A DNA stretch of 64,000 nt from Myxococcota bacterium (GCA_965247115.1 CBDFGR010000003.1:2080001-2144000), one strand, 5' to 3'. Shown: positions 1 through 9,566, counted from the stretch's first letter. A program made the numbers and translations. Notes: generated by a model not told the origin, from the sequence alone.

Positions 1-1531
1 GCTCGACGGAGAGTGCCGCCAGCACGAGGACCTCCGCCAGGATGCTGGCTCGGGGGGCGAGCCCCAGCGGTCCTCCCTCCGCGTCCACCCGTGCCTCCAG
101 GACCAGACCCGCAGCTCGTCCGAGGGGCGAGCCCGCACGGCCGGTGACCGCGATCAGATCGGCGCCGAAGCCCCGCAGTGCCCGCGCCAGCTGGAGGAGC
201 TCGGAGGTGGTGCCGCTGTTCGAGATCGCGATTACCACGTCGCCGGATCGTACCTGGCCCAGGCTTCCGTGCGTGGCCTCGGTTCCGTGCAGGAAGGTCG
301 CGGGCGTCCCTGTGCTCGACAGCAGAGAGGCCACATAGCGGGCGACGTGCTCGGGTTTGCCGACGCCAGTCACGTGGACGCGGCCACCGCCCTTCTCCGC
401 GCGCAAAATGCTCTTTGCGGCGTCATGGATCGCGCTCCGATCCGCGCTGCCCGCCACACGCTCCACCTCCCGGGTCGCGATGGACAGAAAGCGCTCGAGA
501 TCAGCCGAGCCCTCCTGTTGCTGTGGGTAGAGCGGCTCGACAAGCTCGAGCGTGGGCCCGTCCAGCGACGCGTACAGCTCGAGCACCCGGGCCCGCACCC
601 TCTCGGGAGCGTCGGGGAAGGCCCCGATCTGCTCGCAGCAGACGGCACCGCACGCATTACCGAGGCGGGCCGCGTCCTCCCAGCCGAGGCCCGTCTCGAG
701 CCCCGCGAGAAAGCCGCCGAGAAAGGCATCTCCGGCCCCGGTCGTATCGGCGACCGCGACCTTTGCAGCCGGCACCTCGACGTCGCCCGCGTCGGCCCGA
801 ACCAGCGAGCCTGCCGCGCCCAGCGTCACAGCCACCGCGTTAGGACCGAAGCGGGAGGTCAGCGCGCTGGCGAGCTCGCGCGGCGAGTCTCCCTCCACCA
901 GACCCTCCAGTGCAGAGCGCGAAGGTTTCAGAATGTCCGCAGCCGCAAGAGCCGCCAGCAGGTCTCGCTCGCTGCCGAGCGCTGGAACCGCAGCCGCGAT
1001 CGGCACGTCCAGGTCGAGAACGGTGCGGGCTCCGCTCTCGCGCGCGATCTCCAGAACGCGCCGTACGACTCGGAGCGGCAGCTGGGAGATCTCGCTCGTC
1101 ACGACGCGGGCGGACTCGATCATCGGCCGGTGGAGCGTCTCGATCTCCTCCGGACGCACTTCTCCAGTTGCCCCAGGCGCCATGTAGATGGCGCGACTCC
1201 CTGCTGCGTCGACGTAGACCTGCGCGAAGGACGAGGCGCTGCCCGACAGGTCCAGATGATGCTCGATGCCCAGACGGTCCATGCCGGCCCGCAGAAAGCG
1301 GCCGTTCGCATCGTCGGCCTGCTTGCCGAACACGCCGACCCGGAGCCCCAGGACGCGCGCCCAGGCCAGGTGGTTGAGTGTCACCCCGCCGACGAGCCGG
1401 CGTGTGATCGCGCCGTCAGCATCCGCGAGCAGGAACGCCTTCTCGTCCGGGCCAGCAAGGCGCGGCGTCATGCAGATCGAGTCCACAACCATGCTGCCGA
1501 TGCCGACGACGTCGTAGCGCTTCTCGCTCAC
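1..1531 (-). CDS. PfkB-family carbohydrate kinase fused to C-terminal SIS (KpsF/GutQ-like) sugar-phosphate isomerase domain; 3' end beyond window edge
   Basis: Not in the ORF track (no stop in window). GTG at 1531 overlaps the upstream stop (GTGA) with RBS GGAGGAG. Reads VSEKRYDVVGIGSMVVD, then PfkB motif DTTGAGDAFLGG (~750), then in the same frame SIS motifs VHVTGVGKPEHVARY..STGTPATFLH..VIAISNSGTTSEL. Confidence 0.85.
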   Translation of the reverse strand, partial: MSEKRYDVVGIGSMVVDSICMTPRLAGPDEKAFLLADADGAITRRLVGGVTLNHLAWARVLGLRVGVFGKQADDANGRFLRAGMDRLGIEHHLDLSGSASSFAQVYVDAAGSRAIYMAPGATGEVRPEEIETLHRPMIESARVVTSEISQLPLRVVRRVLEIARESGARTVLDLDVPIAAAVPALGSERDLLAALAAADILKPSRSALEGLVEGDSPRELASALTSRFGPNAVAVTLGAAGSLVRADAGDVEVPAAKVAVADTTGAGDAFLGGFLAGLETGLGWEDAARLGNACGAVCCEQIGAFPDAPERVRARVLELYASLDGPTLELVEPLYPQQQEGSADLERFLSIATREVERVAGSADRSAIHDAAKSILRAEKGGGRVHVTGVGKPEHVARYVASLLSSTGTPATFLHGTEATHGSLGQVRSGDVVIAISNSGTTSELLQLARALRGFGADLIAVTGRAGSPLGRAAGLVLEARVDAEGGPLGLAPRASILAEVLVLAALSVE

Positions 1532-2628
1532 GGCTCCTCCGACTCGTCGGCTCGGCTCACCCAACGAGCCGGCAACGTGGCCTGCACAAGGGAACGCAGG
1601 GTCTCGAGGCTGCGATCGAGCAGACCTGCCTGCTCGATGCCCAGGGCCGGAGTCCCGTTCGCGACGGCATCACTGGAAATCACGCCCAGCCCGAGCAGTC
1701 CGCGCTTGAGAGCCGCCAGACTGCGCTTTCCACCTGGGAAGGTGTATGCCTCTCGGTAGGCGTCGAAGATCCGCTTCATCTCGGCCATGAACTCCACGTC
1801 ACCCGCGCTCGCGACCTGCCAGGCCCGCTGCCACTCGCGCGGCCAGAGGTTGGCGGGGCCTGCGACCACGCCAGTGGGCAGCAAATCGTGCAGCAGGAAG
1901 CGGTTCCAGTGCTCGTTCAGCGTGCCCCAGAAGCCGCGCCGCGGTCGCATCATCTCCAGGATGTAGAGCGCGTCCCCGACGTAGATGCCGAAGTCGCCGA
2001 GATCGCGGAACTGGCGCGCCGCCTTCGTGTAGTGACCCAGCCGGCGCGGTGGCGCGGACACCTTGATTCCGCGCACGAAGTCGAGCCGACTCAGGCGCTT
2101 GACCGCCGCGGTGGGCAGGTGGGACGGCGCTCCGACAGCGATGTCGGCATTATCGTAGAGAAAGATCGGCAGCCGCACGTCACGCAGGTCGAGCAGCTCA
2201 GCGACGTCACGGGCCAGGAAGCGCACCGGATCGTCGACGTCCGCAATGGCGAGCGGCGCGATCACTCCCGCGTGGGCCCCCGTCTCGAGCGCCAGCTCCA
2301 GGGTCTCCAGGGTCTCCGCTCGCGTCGGCGCGGTGAGGCCTGCCCAGACCTCTACCTCCCCCTGGCCGAGCTGCGAGAGGCGCGGGTTCTGCTTCCGCAC
2401 CTCCTCAACCACGACGCGGATGACCTGGTGGCGGCGCCTCTGGTCCAGCCGATTCCCCTCGCCCGTGGTGCCCATCGCGAAAATCACGTCCGCGCCCCGC
2501 CCAGACTGCATCAGAAAGCGGGTCAGCCGGCGCTGGTCCGCCTCCAACAGCTCACCGTCCGGAGTCAGGACCGTCACGCACGGGATCGAGAGCCCGCGCC
2601 TAGGGGAGAGTCCCTCCAGCGTTTTCAC
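1528..2628 (-). CDS. DapA/NanA-family class I aldolase (dihydrodipicolinate synthase-like)
   Basis: GTTGE motif, LYDN (Tyr) and GIKVS (Schiff-base Lys). Confidence 0.8.
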   Translation of the reverse strand: MKTLEGLSPRRGLSIPCVTVLTPDGELLEADQRRLTRFLMQSGRGADVIFAMGTTGEGNRLDQRRRHQVIRVVVEEVRKQNPRLSQLGQGEVEVWAGLTAPTRAETLETLELALETGAHAGVIAPLAIADVDDPVRFLARDVAELLDLRDVRLPIFLYDNADIAVGAPSHLPTAAVKRLSRLDFVRGIKVSAPPRRLGHYTKAARQFRDLGDFGIYVGDALYILEMMRPRRGFWGTLNEHWNRFLLHDLLPTGVVAGPANLWPREWQRAWQVASAGDVEFMAEMKRIFDAYREAYTFPGGKRSLAALKRGLLGLGVISSDAVANGTPALGIEQAGLLDRSLETLRSLVQATLPARWVSRADESEEP

Positions 2629-2664
2629 GCGACGAGTGTAGACCCCTCGCCAGACGCGGGCGAC

Positions 2665-3696
2665 CTAGGAGTCCTGGCGGCCTGCCGGCGATCCGAGCGC
2701 ACCTTGCCGCCCGGAGAGCGGCTGTAGGGTCGCTCTCTGCACCCCGGGGAGCGCCAGCTGCTCGGCACCACGCGGCCGAGAAGCTCGATCTGGCAGGCCC
2801 GTGCGCTCGCGCAGGCTCGCGACGCGCCGGTCGAGCTTCACCGCCCAGCCCGGGTCGACGTCGATCCCGCGCGCGAACAGGCGCCGGTAGGCGGGCAGCT
2901 TCTCGGGCATCACCTCGGAGAGCCAGTCAAGGAAACGCCGGCGACTGCCCGAGGCCAGGAAGAGTGGTCCCACCGAGATCCACCCCGCGTCGTAGGTCCG
3001 GGCACGCTGGAACAGAAGCTCGAGATCCCGGGCGCTGTCGTTGATCGCCGGGAGAATGGGGAGAGCGTTGATCCCGACCGGGAGACCCGCGTGCGCGAGC
3101 GTCTGGACCGTCTTCAGGCGGCGCTCGGGAGTCGGAGCACCGGGATCGAGCTTTCGAGCCAGGGTCCGGTACGGCGTGATCAGCGAGACGCTGATCGTGA
3201 GCCGCGAGCGCTCGCGGATCCGCACCAGTAGATCGAGGTCCCGCACGATGAGAGCCGACTTCGTGATGATCCCGATCTCGAGGCCGCGGAAACGCGCGAG
3301 CACCTCGAGGATGCCCCGCGTGAGCTCGTAGCTGGCCTCGGCGGGCTGGTAAGGATCCGTCGCCGTCCCGATCGCGATCGGCCGAGCCTGCAGCTTGCGC
3401 TGGTTCGCCTCGGCGCCGAGCACTGCGGCAGCGCCGGTTTTGACGAAGATCTTGCGCTCGAAGTCGAGCGGATCGGACAGACCCAGAAACTCGTGGGTGT
3501 AGCGCGCGTAGCAGTAGCGGCAGCCGAACGAGCATCCCCTGTAGGGATTGATCGTCCAACAATCGGGCATCCGCTCCGTGTCGCAGTGGTTGAGCAGATG
3601 CCGTGGCGTGAGCTCCGTGTACTGAACTCCCGCCCGCTCGGCGAGATCCTCACCAATCAATGCATGGATACCGCGTGTGGCAGGGGAGGGTTCCAC
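2665..3696 (-). CDS. Radical SAM protein, SplB-like DNA-repair family
   Basis: INPYRGCSFGCRYCYAR (CxxxCxxC) and IGTATDPYQPAE motifs. Confidence 0.85.
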   Translation of the reverse strand: MEPSPATRGIHALIGEDLAERAGVQYTELTPRHLLNHCDTERMPDCWTINPYRGCSFGCRYCYARYTHEFLGLSDPLDFERKIFVKTGAAAVLGAEANQRKLQARPIAIGTATDPYQPAEASYELTRGILEVLARFRGLEIGIITKSALIVRDLDLLVRIRERSRLTISVSLITPYRTLARKLDPGAPTPERRLKTVQTLAHAGLPVGINALPILPAINDSARDLELLFQRARTYDAGWISVGPLFLASGSRRRFLDWLSEVMPEKLPAYRRLFARGIDVDPGWAVKLDRRVASLRERTGLPDRASRPRGAEQLALPGVQRATLQPLSGRQGALGSPAGRQDS

Positions 3697-3699
3697 GCC

Positions 3700-3731
3700 T
3701 CTTAGTTTCGTTTTATTTTCGCCTTTGTCAA
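3700..3731 (-). promoter_or_regulatory. Putative sigma70 promoter with overlapping direct-repeat operator upstream of the radical SAM gene
   Basis: Minus-strand TTGACA (3726-3731) in an AT-rich island containing TTCG-N7-TTCG (3707-3721). Confidence 0.45.
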
Positions 3732-3738
3732 CTCACCC

Positions 3739-4755
3739 TCAGACCCGAGGATCGAGGGCGTCACGCAGGGCGTCGCCCAGCAGGTTGTAGGAGGTGACGG
3801 TCACGAAGATCGCGGCTCCGGGGAAGACGGCCAGCCACCAGGCGAAGGTATTGGCGCGGGACTCGGCCAGGATCGAGCCCCAGGTGACGAGGTGCGCAGG
3901 CACCCCGATGCCAAGAAAGGACAGACCGGACTCCGCCAGCACCGCGGTGGCGACGCCGAAGGCCACCGCCACCAGTACAGGGGCCAGCGCGTTGGGCAGG
4001 ATGTGGCGCAGCATCACCCGCCGATCGCTCGCCCCGAGGCTCTTGGCTGCCTCCACGAACTCCTGCTCGCGGACACGCAGGAACTCGCTGCGGATGTAGC
4101 GCGCGATCCCCATCCAGCCGGTCAGGCCCAGGATCACCATGATGAGATAAATCGAAGGCGGGAAGATCGCCGCCACGGTGATCAGCAGAAAGAAGGTCGG
4201 GATCCCCAGCATCATCTCGACAAAGCGCGAGACGACCAGATCGACCCAGCCTCCGTAGTAGCCGGCCAGAGCACCGAAGAAAATCCCGACGAGCGCCTGG
4301 ATGGAGACGACGACGAGACCGATCGTGAGCGAGATCCGCGTGCCGTGCACCATGCCGGAGGCCACGTCCCGTCCCAGCCTGTCCGTCCCGAACCAGTGCT
4401 CGAGCGAGGGCTCCGCCAGCGTCTGTCCGCTGAGATCGACCCGGCTCGGTGCGTGGGGGATCGGCGGCCACAGAACACGCTCCGCTCGGTCCTCCAGGCG
4501 CTTGAAGTCCACATTCAGCAGGGGGGCCGGCCAGCGCCGCGCGCCCACCGCCACGCCGTAGTCGATCAGGATCGGGAAGTACGTCTCGCCATCGAGCTTG
4601 ATGTAGTACGGCTTGTCGTTGGCGATGAAGTCCGCGCCGAGCGCGAGTACTCCCATCGACAGGACCAAGGACAGGCTCAGCATGGCGCTGCGCCTGCCCC
4701 GTAGCTCCAGCCAGGCCCGGCCCCAGAGGCCCCTGGATCGAACGAGCTCGTTCAT
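3739..4755 (-). CDS. Peptide/nickel ABC transporter permease (OppC/DppC-like)
   Basis: HWFGTDRLGRD, EAA loop FVEAAKSLGAS, GDALRDALDPR. Confidence 0.9.
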   Translation of the reverse strand: MNELVRSRGLWGRAWLELRGRRSAMLSLSLVLSMGVLALGADFIANDKPYYIKLDGETYFPILIDYGVAVGARRWPAPLLNVDFKRLEDRAERVLWPPIPHAPSRVDLSGQTLAEPSLEHWFGTDRLGRDVASGMVHGTRISLTIGLVVVSIQALVGIFFGALAGYYGGWVDLVVSRFVEMMLGIPTFFLLITVAAIFPPSIYLIMVILGLTGWMGIARYIRSEFLRVREQEFVEAAKSLGASDRRVMLRHILPNALAPVLVAVAFGVATAVLAESGLSFLGIGVPAHLVTWGSILAESRANTFAWWLAVFPGAAIFVTVTSYNLLGDALRDALDPRV

Positions 4756-5780
4756 CCTACGCTCCGCTGGAACCGGATGCGCGGGTCGACGAGCACCAGT
4801 GCGAGATCGGAGAGCAGTATCCCGATCAGCGTGAGAGCGGAGCTCACGGTGAGCAGTGCCAGGACCACCGGATAGTCCCTGGCCAGCACGGCCTGGTAGC
4901 CGAGAAAGCCGAGGCCGGGCAAAGAGAAGATCGTCTCGATGATCACCGAGCCGCCGATCAGTGCGGGAAGGATGCCGCCGATGTTCGTCGCGATGGGGAT
5001 GATCGAGTTGCGCAGAATGTGCTTGAAGACCACGACGCTCTCGCGGACCCCCTTCGCACGAGCGGTGCGCACATAGTCCTGGCTCTTCGCGTCGAGCATC
5101 GATGAGCGCAGAATCCGCGATTGAAACGCGAATGAGCCATACGTGGTGACGAAGATCGGCATGGCGAGGTGGTGCAGGTAGTCACCCGCGCGCCGGGCCC
5201 AGGGCCAGCTCGGGTCGTAGTCGAGCGAGTGCACCCCTGCGGGTGGGAACCAGTCGAAGAAGTCGCCCCCGCAGAAGAAGATGATGATCAGCGTGCCGAT
5301 CCAGAAGGAGGGCAGGGAGACCAGCATGAACAGCACCACGGTAGAAGCCCGATCGGCCAGGCCCCCCTCCTTGATCGCCGAGAGGATGCCCAGCGGAATC
5401 GAGAACGCGAAGGTGATCAAGATGGCCGAGGCTGCGAGGGTCACGGTGAGCGGGATACGTTCGCGGATCTTCGCCCAGACCGGACGCCGGTCCTTGAAGC
5501 TGTTGCCGAAGTCTCCGGAGAGCGTCTTCTTGAGCCACACCGCGTACTGCACGGGAAGCGGTCGGTCGAGGCCGAGCTGGCTGCGCAGCGCGGCCTTCGC
5601 GCGTTCAACGTCAGCGAGCTTGTCCGTCTGAACACCCTCGGTGCCTGCAGCGAGTCCCCCTGCGAAGAACAGCTCCACGGGATCGCCGGGAGCGTTGTGG
5701 ATGATCGCGAACTGGATCACCGTGATCGCGATGAACGTGAGACCGAGCAGGACGACTCGCTGGAGCAGGTAGCCGGCCAC
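4752..5780 (-). CDS. Peptide/nickel ABC transporter permease (OppB/DppB-like)
   Basis: APGDP, LGLDRPLPVQY, DYVRTARAKG, RDYPVV, DPRIR. Confidence 0.9.
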   Translation of the reverse strand: MAGYLLQRVVLLGLTFIAITVIQFAIIHNAPGDPVELFFAGGLAAGTEGVQTDKLADVERAKAALRSQLGLDRPLPVQYAVWLKKTLSGDFGNSFKDRRPVWAKIRERIPLTVTLAASAILITFAFSIPLGILSAIKEGGLADRASTVVLFMLVSLPSFWIGTLIIIFFCGGDFFDWFPPAGVHSLDYDPSWPWARRAGDYLHHLAMPIFVTTYGSFAFQSRILRSSMLDAKSQDYVRTARAKGVRESVVVFKHILRNSIIPIATNIGGILPALIGGSVIIETIFSLPGLGFLGYQAVLARDYPVVLALLTVSSALTLIGILLSDLALVLVDPRIRFQRSVG

Positions 5781-5791
5781 AGCCTAATCCG

Positions 5792-7576
5792 TCAGCGGTG
5801 TCTCTGGCTCGCGAGCGGCACCCACCACTCATTCAGATCGCTGCTCCCGCTCGGGTACCAGGTCACCCCGTGGAAGCGACGGTCCCACGCTGTGATGGCC
5901 CGCTGCATGAACAGGAACGTGTAGGGCTGCTCCTCGTAGAGGATCTCCTGGAAGCGGTCGATCAGCTTCTTTCGAACGTCGGGGTCGAACTCGACGCGGT
6001 AGGCCTCCAGAATCCCGTCCACCTCCTCGTTCTTGAAGTACACGTGGTTTGAGCCACCCTCGACTGCTTGGGTCGAGTGCCAGAGCTGGTACGGATCGGG
6101 CGGTGTGATCGACATCGCCCAGCCCAGGATCACCGCGTCGTAGGCGAAGCGCTTGACACGGTCGAGCATGATGCTCCAGTCGATGCTCCGGTAGCTCGCG
6201 CCGATCCCGGCGCGCTTCATCTCGTCGATCACCGCCAGCCCCACGGCCTGGCGGATGTCGTTGCCCGTGTTGGAGATGATCTCGAACTCGAGGGCTACGC
6301 GCGTTCCGTCGAGCTCCTTGTCCAGCACCCCGTCACCGTCCGAGTCCACCCAGCCCGCCTCTGCGAGCAGCTCCTTGCCCCGCTCCGGATCGAAGACGTG
6401 GCCCGCAAGGTTTTGGTTGTACTCCGGCCGCTCGACGAAGACGGAGCTCTCGATGGGTACGGCCAGACCCCGCAGTACCTGCTCGATGATGTTCTGCTTG
6501 TCGACGAAGTAGCCGAGCGCGCGACGCACACGCACGTCCTGAAAGAGGGGCTTCGTCATGTTCCAGCCGATGTACGTGTAGCCCGGACTGGTGTGGATCT
6601 TCTTCTGCGCCCGATTCCTGAAGCGCGCGTTGTTGGTCTGCCGCTCGTTCTGCAGCGGCGTCAAACCCATCACGTCCAGGTCGCCACCCTTGAACGCGAC
6701 CAGAGCGGCTTCCCGATCGTTGATGACCCGATAGACGATCCGGTTCACCCAGGCATCTCCGAAGCGGGAGTCGTCCGGCGCCCAGAAGGCCTCTCGACGG
6801 TGCAGGGTGATCTTCTCCCCGGTAACCACATCCGTCTCGGGATCGCGGATCTCGAACGCCCCGGCACCGACGGGATGCCGGTGGAAATCCTCGTTGAACC
6901 GCGCGGCGAAGCGCTCGGCGCGCTCCTTCGTCTCCGCGTCGAGCTCGTCAAAATTCTCGAGCTGCGGGAGCGAGATCCCGTCCAGGAGGCCGTCGGGATC
7001 GTAGTGGTAGCGCGGTAGCGGCGCGATCGAGCCCATCACGTAGATGTTTCTGAAGTACCGCTCGCGCATGTCGATGCGCAGCGTGTGAGGATCGACTGCC
7101 GTGGCATCAATAACGGAGTTGAAGTAGTTGCGCAGGTGAGGAGCCAGGACGCGCGGGTTCTTGAGCGTCTTCAACGTGAAGATCAGATCCTCCGCAACGA
7201 CCGGACTCCCGTCGGGGAAGGTGACATCCTCGCGGAGCCGGAACGTGTAGACGAGCTTGTCCTCGCTGATCTCCGGCAGCTCGCGCGCAATCACCGGGCG
7301 CGGCTCGAGCGTCTCGTTGTCGAGCGTGAGCAGGGTCGGCATGATCCAGCCCAGTACCGAGCTCGATGCCGCGTCACTCGAGGTGAGCGGGTTCAAGCTC
7401 TCGGGGTCCGCGAGCGACCACTGAACCAGCCAGTCCCCGCGCTCGGGCACGCCATTCGATTCCGCTACCGGCGTGGCCGCGCCCGCGGTGTCGTCCGCGG
7501 CCTGCTGAGGAGCACCGCAGCCGAGCCAGAGCAACACACTGCAGAGGCCGAGTACCCGCGTCACACGAACGTTCAT
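5792..7576 (-). CDS. Peptide ABC transporter substrate-binding lipoprotein (SBP family 5)
   Basis: Likely start ATG 7576; lipobox LLWLGC; DPESLNP, YTFRLREDV, VRVRRAL motifs. Confidence 0.88.
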   Translation of the reverse strand: MNVRVTRVLGLCSVLLWLGCGAPQQAADDTAGAATPVAESNGVPERGDWLVQWSLADPESLNPLTSSDAASSSVLGWIMPTLLTLDNETLEPRPVIARELPEISEDKLVYTFRLREDVTFPDGSPVVAEDLIFTLKTLKNPRVLAPHLRNYFNSVIDATAVDPHTLRIDMRERYFRNIYVMGSIAPLPRYHYDPDGLLDGISLPQLENFDELDAETKERAERFAARFNEDFHRHPVGAGAFEIRDPETDVVTGEKITLHRREAFWAPDDSRFGDAWVNRIVYRVINDREAALVAFKGGDLDVMGLTPLQNERQTNNARFRNRAQKKIHTSPGYTYIGWNMTKPLFQDVRVRRALGYFVDKQNIIEQVLRGLAVPIESSVFVERPEYNQNLAGHVFDPERGKELLAEAGWVDSDGDGVLDKELDGTRVALEFEIISNTGNDIRQAVGLAVIDEMKRAGIGASYRSIDWSIMLDRVKRFAYDAVILGWAMSITPPDPYQLWHSTQAVEGGSNHVYFKNEEVDGILEAYRVEFDPDVRKKLIDRFQEILYEEQPYTFLFMQRAITAWDRRFHGVTWYPSGSSDLNEWWVPLASQRHR

Positions 7577-7752
7577 GTCTGGAAGCTGCCTCGAATCGCT
7601 GCTTCGATCCAGACCCCGGAGGTCGCGCACGGCGCGGATGTCACAAGCTGCGCTCGGCGCGATCCGGCTGGCGCAGGTGTCCAACGCCGCACTGTATGCT
7701 AACAAGTGAGCCCCGTAGCTCCCTTTCTACGACTCACCCCCCGAGGACTGTC

Positions 7753-7980
7753 ATGGAACGCGGCGACAAGCGCCGTTGCGGCCATCGGGGTCAGGGCGGA
7801 GTCTCGCTCAAGCTCTGGATCGATCACGAGCTGATCGACGTATGGCTGGACGACACGGGAATTCATTTCCGTCATCCGAGTGGGACGCAGACCGAGGGAC
7901 ACCTGCCCTGGAGCGTCGCCATCTCTACCTCTCTGCTGCCTCAGACGCTGCGGCGCAGCGATAGCGCCCACGCCGCCTAG
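7753..7980 (+). CDS. Small hypothetical protein (75 aa)
   Basis: ATG preceded by GAGGA; plausible globular sequence; fills the gap divergent from the SBP gene. Confidence 0.5.
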   Translation: MERGDKRRCGHRGQGGVSLKLWIDHELIDVWLDDTGIHFRHPSGTQTEGHLPWSVAISTSLLPQTLRRSDSAHAA

Positions 7981-8049
7981 GGAACGCTATTTGAGGGGAA
8001 AGAACCTCGTCATGATCGCGGCCGGATGCCAGCCGCGGGAGTCGGCTGC

Positions 8050-8790
8050 GTGAACGAGCTGGTCCTGCTGGGAGCGGGCTTTCTCGCGGGAGTGCTCGCG
8101 GCCGCACGCCTGCGTCGTGCGCCGAAGCGCGAGACTCGCTACGAGCGCGGCAGCTTCGACCTCGTTCGCGCCGAGCTCGATCGCGATCAGGGCGCCGACC
8201 GCGTGGGATCCGCTCCAGACTGCAACAACCCCGCTCCGCACCTGCTCTCGCTCTTCGCGGAGGCGCTTCGCGAGCCGTTGCGCCAGCTTCGGCGCGAGCC
8301 CGCGCGCGCAGCCGAGGCTGTCGAGCGGCTGGAACGCATTGTCTGGCAAGCGCGCATGCTCGTCTCGCGACCCCGCCCAATGCAGGCCACCGCGACCTCA
8401 CCCATCGCGCTGCTGCAGGAGGCAGCCGAGGAGGTGCCCCTGCTCCGAGACGGGATCGTCACGGCGTCCTGGAGCTTGCTCAACCGTCAGCCCATCGAGC
8501 TCGACCCCGAACGCACGCGCGGCGCCTTCCGCGAGCTGCTCGCCGCCGGCGCCGAGGCCGCGTCCGAAGGAGGCCGCCTCGGGATCAAGATCCTCCAGGG
8601 CCAGGACTCCGGCTTCCCGGTTCGGATCGAGGTAGAGATCGGCAGACGCGGCACGGAAACCGACTCGCTGTCGTTCCTGGTCGCCCGCCACCTCCTCGAA
8701 AGCCAGGGCGCCCAGCTCGAGGTAGACGGCAACCTCACCCGCATCCAACTGAGAAACGCCGCCCCCTCCGACGCCGAACTAGCCGCCTAG
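8050..8790 (+). CDS. Membrane-anchored degenerate histidine-kinase-like protein
   Basis: N-terminal TM segment; AEALREPL (H-box-like without His); RELLAAGAEAASEGGRLGI and LVARHLLESQGAQLEV resemble HATPase elements. Confidence 0.55.
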   Translation: MNELVLLGAGFLAGVLAAARLRRAPKRETRYERGSFDLVRAELDRDQGADRVGSAPDCNNPAPHLLSLFAEALREPLRQLRREPARAAEAVERLERIVWQARMLVSRPRPMQATATSPIALLQEAAEEVPLLRDGIVTASWSLLNRQPIELDPERTRGAFRELLAAGAEAASEGGRLGIKILQGQDSGFPVRIEVEIGRRGTETDSLSFLVARHLLESQGAQLEVDGNLTRIQLRNAAPSDAELAA

Positions 8791-8822
8791 CCAAAACAAA
8801 AAAGAAGAGCACCGGCCAAGCT

Positions 8823-8877
8823 GGCAAGGAGTCGGATGTCGGGGTCCTCCGGGGGGAGGATCCCGACCTCCGACGGC
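8823..8877. repeat. Palindromic repeat family B, short copy (also a possible bidirectional terminator)
   Basis: GGCAAGGA-GTCGGATGTCGGGGTCCTCC / GGAGGATCCCGACCTCCGAC-GGC; 20-bp imperfect stem between convergent genes. Confidence 0.75.
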
Positions 8878-8886
8878 CTGGGTCCG

Positions 8887-9492
8887 TCAGATCCCCTCGA
8901 ACAGGTAGGACATCGAGACGCCCAAGGCCGCTGCCAACTTGCGAAGCGTGGAGACCGAGGCCGCGCTCTTGCCCAGCTCGATCTGTGAGATCAGGCTGAC
9001 CGAGAGGGTCGTCTTGTTGGCGAGCTGCTTCAGCGTCAGGTCGCGCTCCTTGCGGAGCGCCCTGATCTTGGAGCCGAGGAGCCGATTCACGCGCTCCTCT
9101 GCGTCGACCATCAAGCCCTTCTCGCGCACCGCCCTTTGAATCACATCGCGGAGCGATTCGTTGTCGAACGGCTTGCGTAGGTAGTCGAAAGCGTCCGCCT
9201 TCATCGTGTCGATGGCCCTATCGACAGATGGGTAGGCCGTCATGATGATCACGCATACGTCGGAGTCTATTGCCCGAATCTGGCGAAGCAGCGCGATCCC
9301 GTCGAGCTCCGGCATGCGGATGTCGAGCAAGACGATCTGATAGCGCCCTTCCTTGATCTCGAGCAGGGCGTCCATCGGCTTGACGAGCGTCGAGACCCTG
9401 TGGCCTTCGCGGGTCAGGAAGTCTTGCAGGTAGTCACAGACGTCCTGATCATCGTCGACGACGAGAACCTTGAGCTTCATCCTCTCGGCCAT
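8887..9492 (-). CDS. Response regulator: REC domain plus C-terminal XRE-family HTH
   Basis: VLVVDDD, LLDIRMP, MTAY, YLRKPF; then IRALRKERDLTLKQLA..SVSLISQIELG. Confidence 0.9.
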   Translation of the reverse strand: MAERMKLKVLVVDDDQDVCDYLQDFLTREGHRVSTLVKPMDALLEIKEGRYQIVLLDIRMPELDGIALLRQIRAIDSDVCVIIMTAYPSVDRAIDTMKADAFDYLRKPFDNESLRDVIQRAVREKGLMVDAEERVNRLLGSKIRALRKERDLTLKQLANKTTLSVSLISQIELGKSAASVSTLRKLAAALGVSMSYLFEGI

Positions 9493-9566
9493 CGGGATCT
9501 CCCCTGCGGCCTCACGGCATCTTTGGGCGGACCCTATACACTCTCCTTGAGAAACTCAAGATCCGA

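Noticed and set aside
269..1759. 496-aa plus-strand ORF, and similar long antisense ORFs (19492-21015, 34126-35589, 45629-47122, 51717-53111, 62648-63985)
   Set aside because: Antisense shadows of well-supported genes, as expected at high GC
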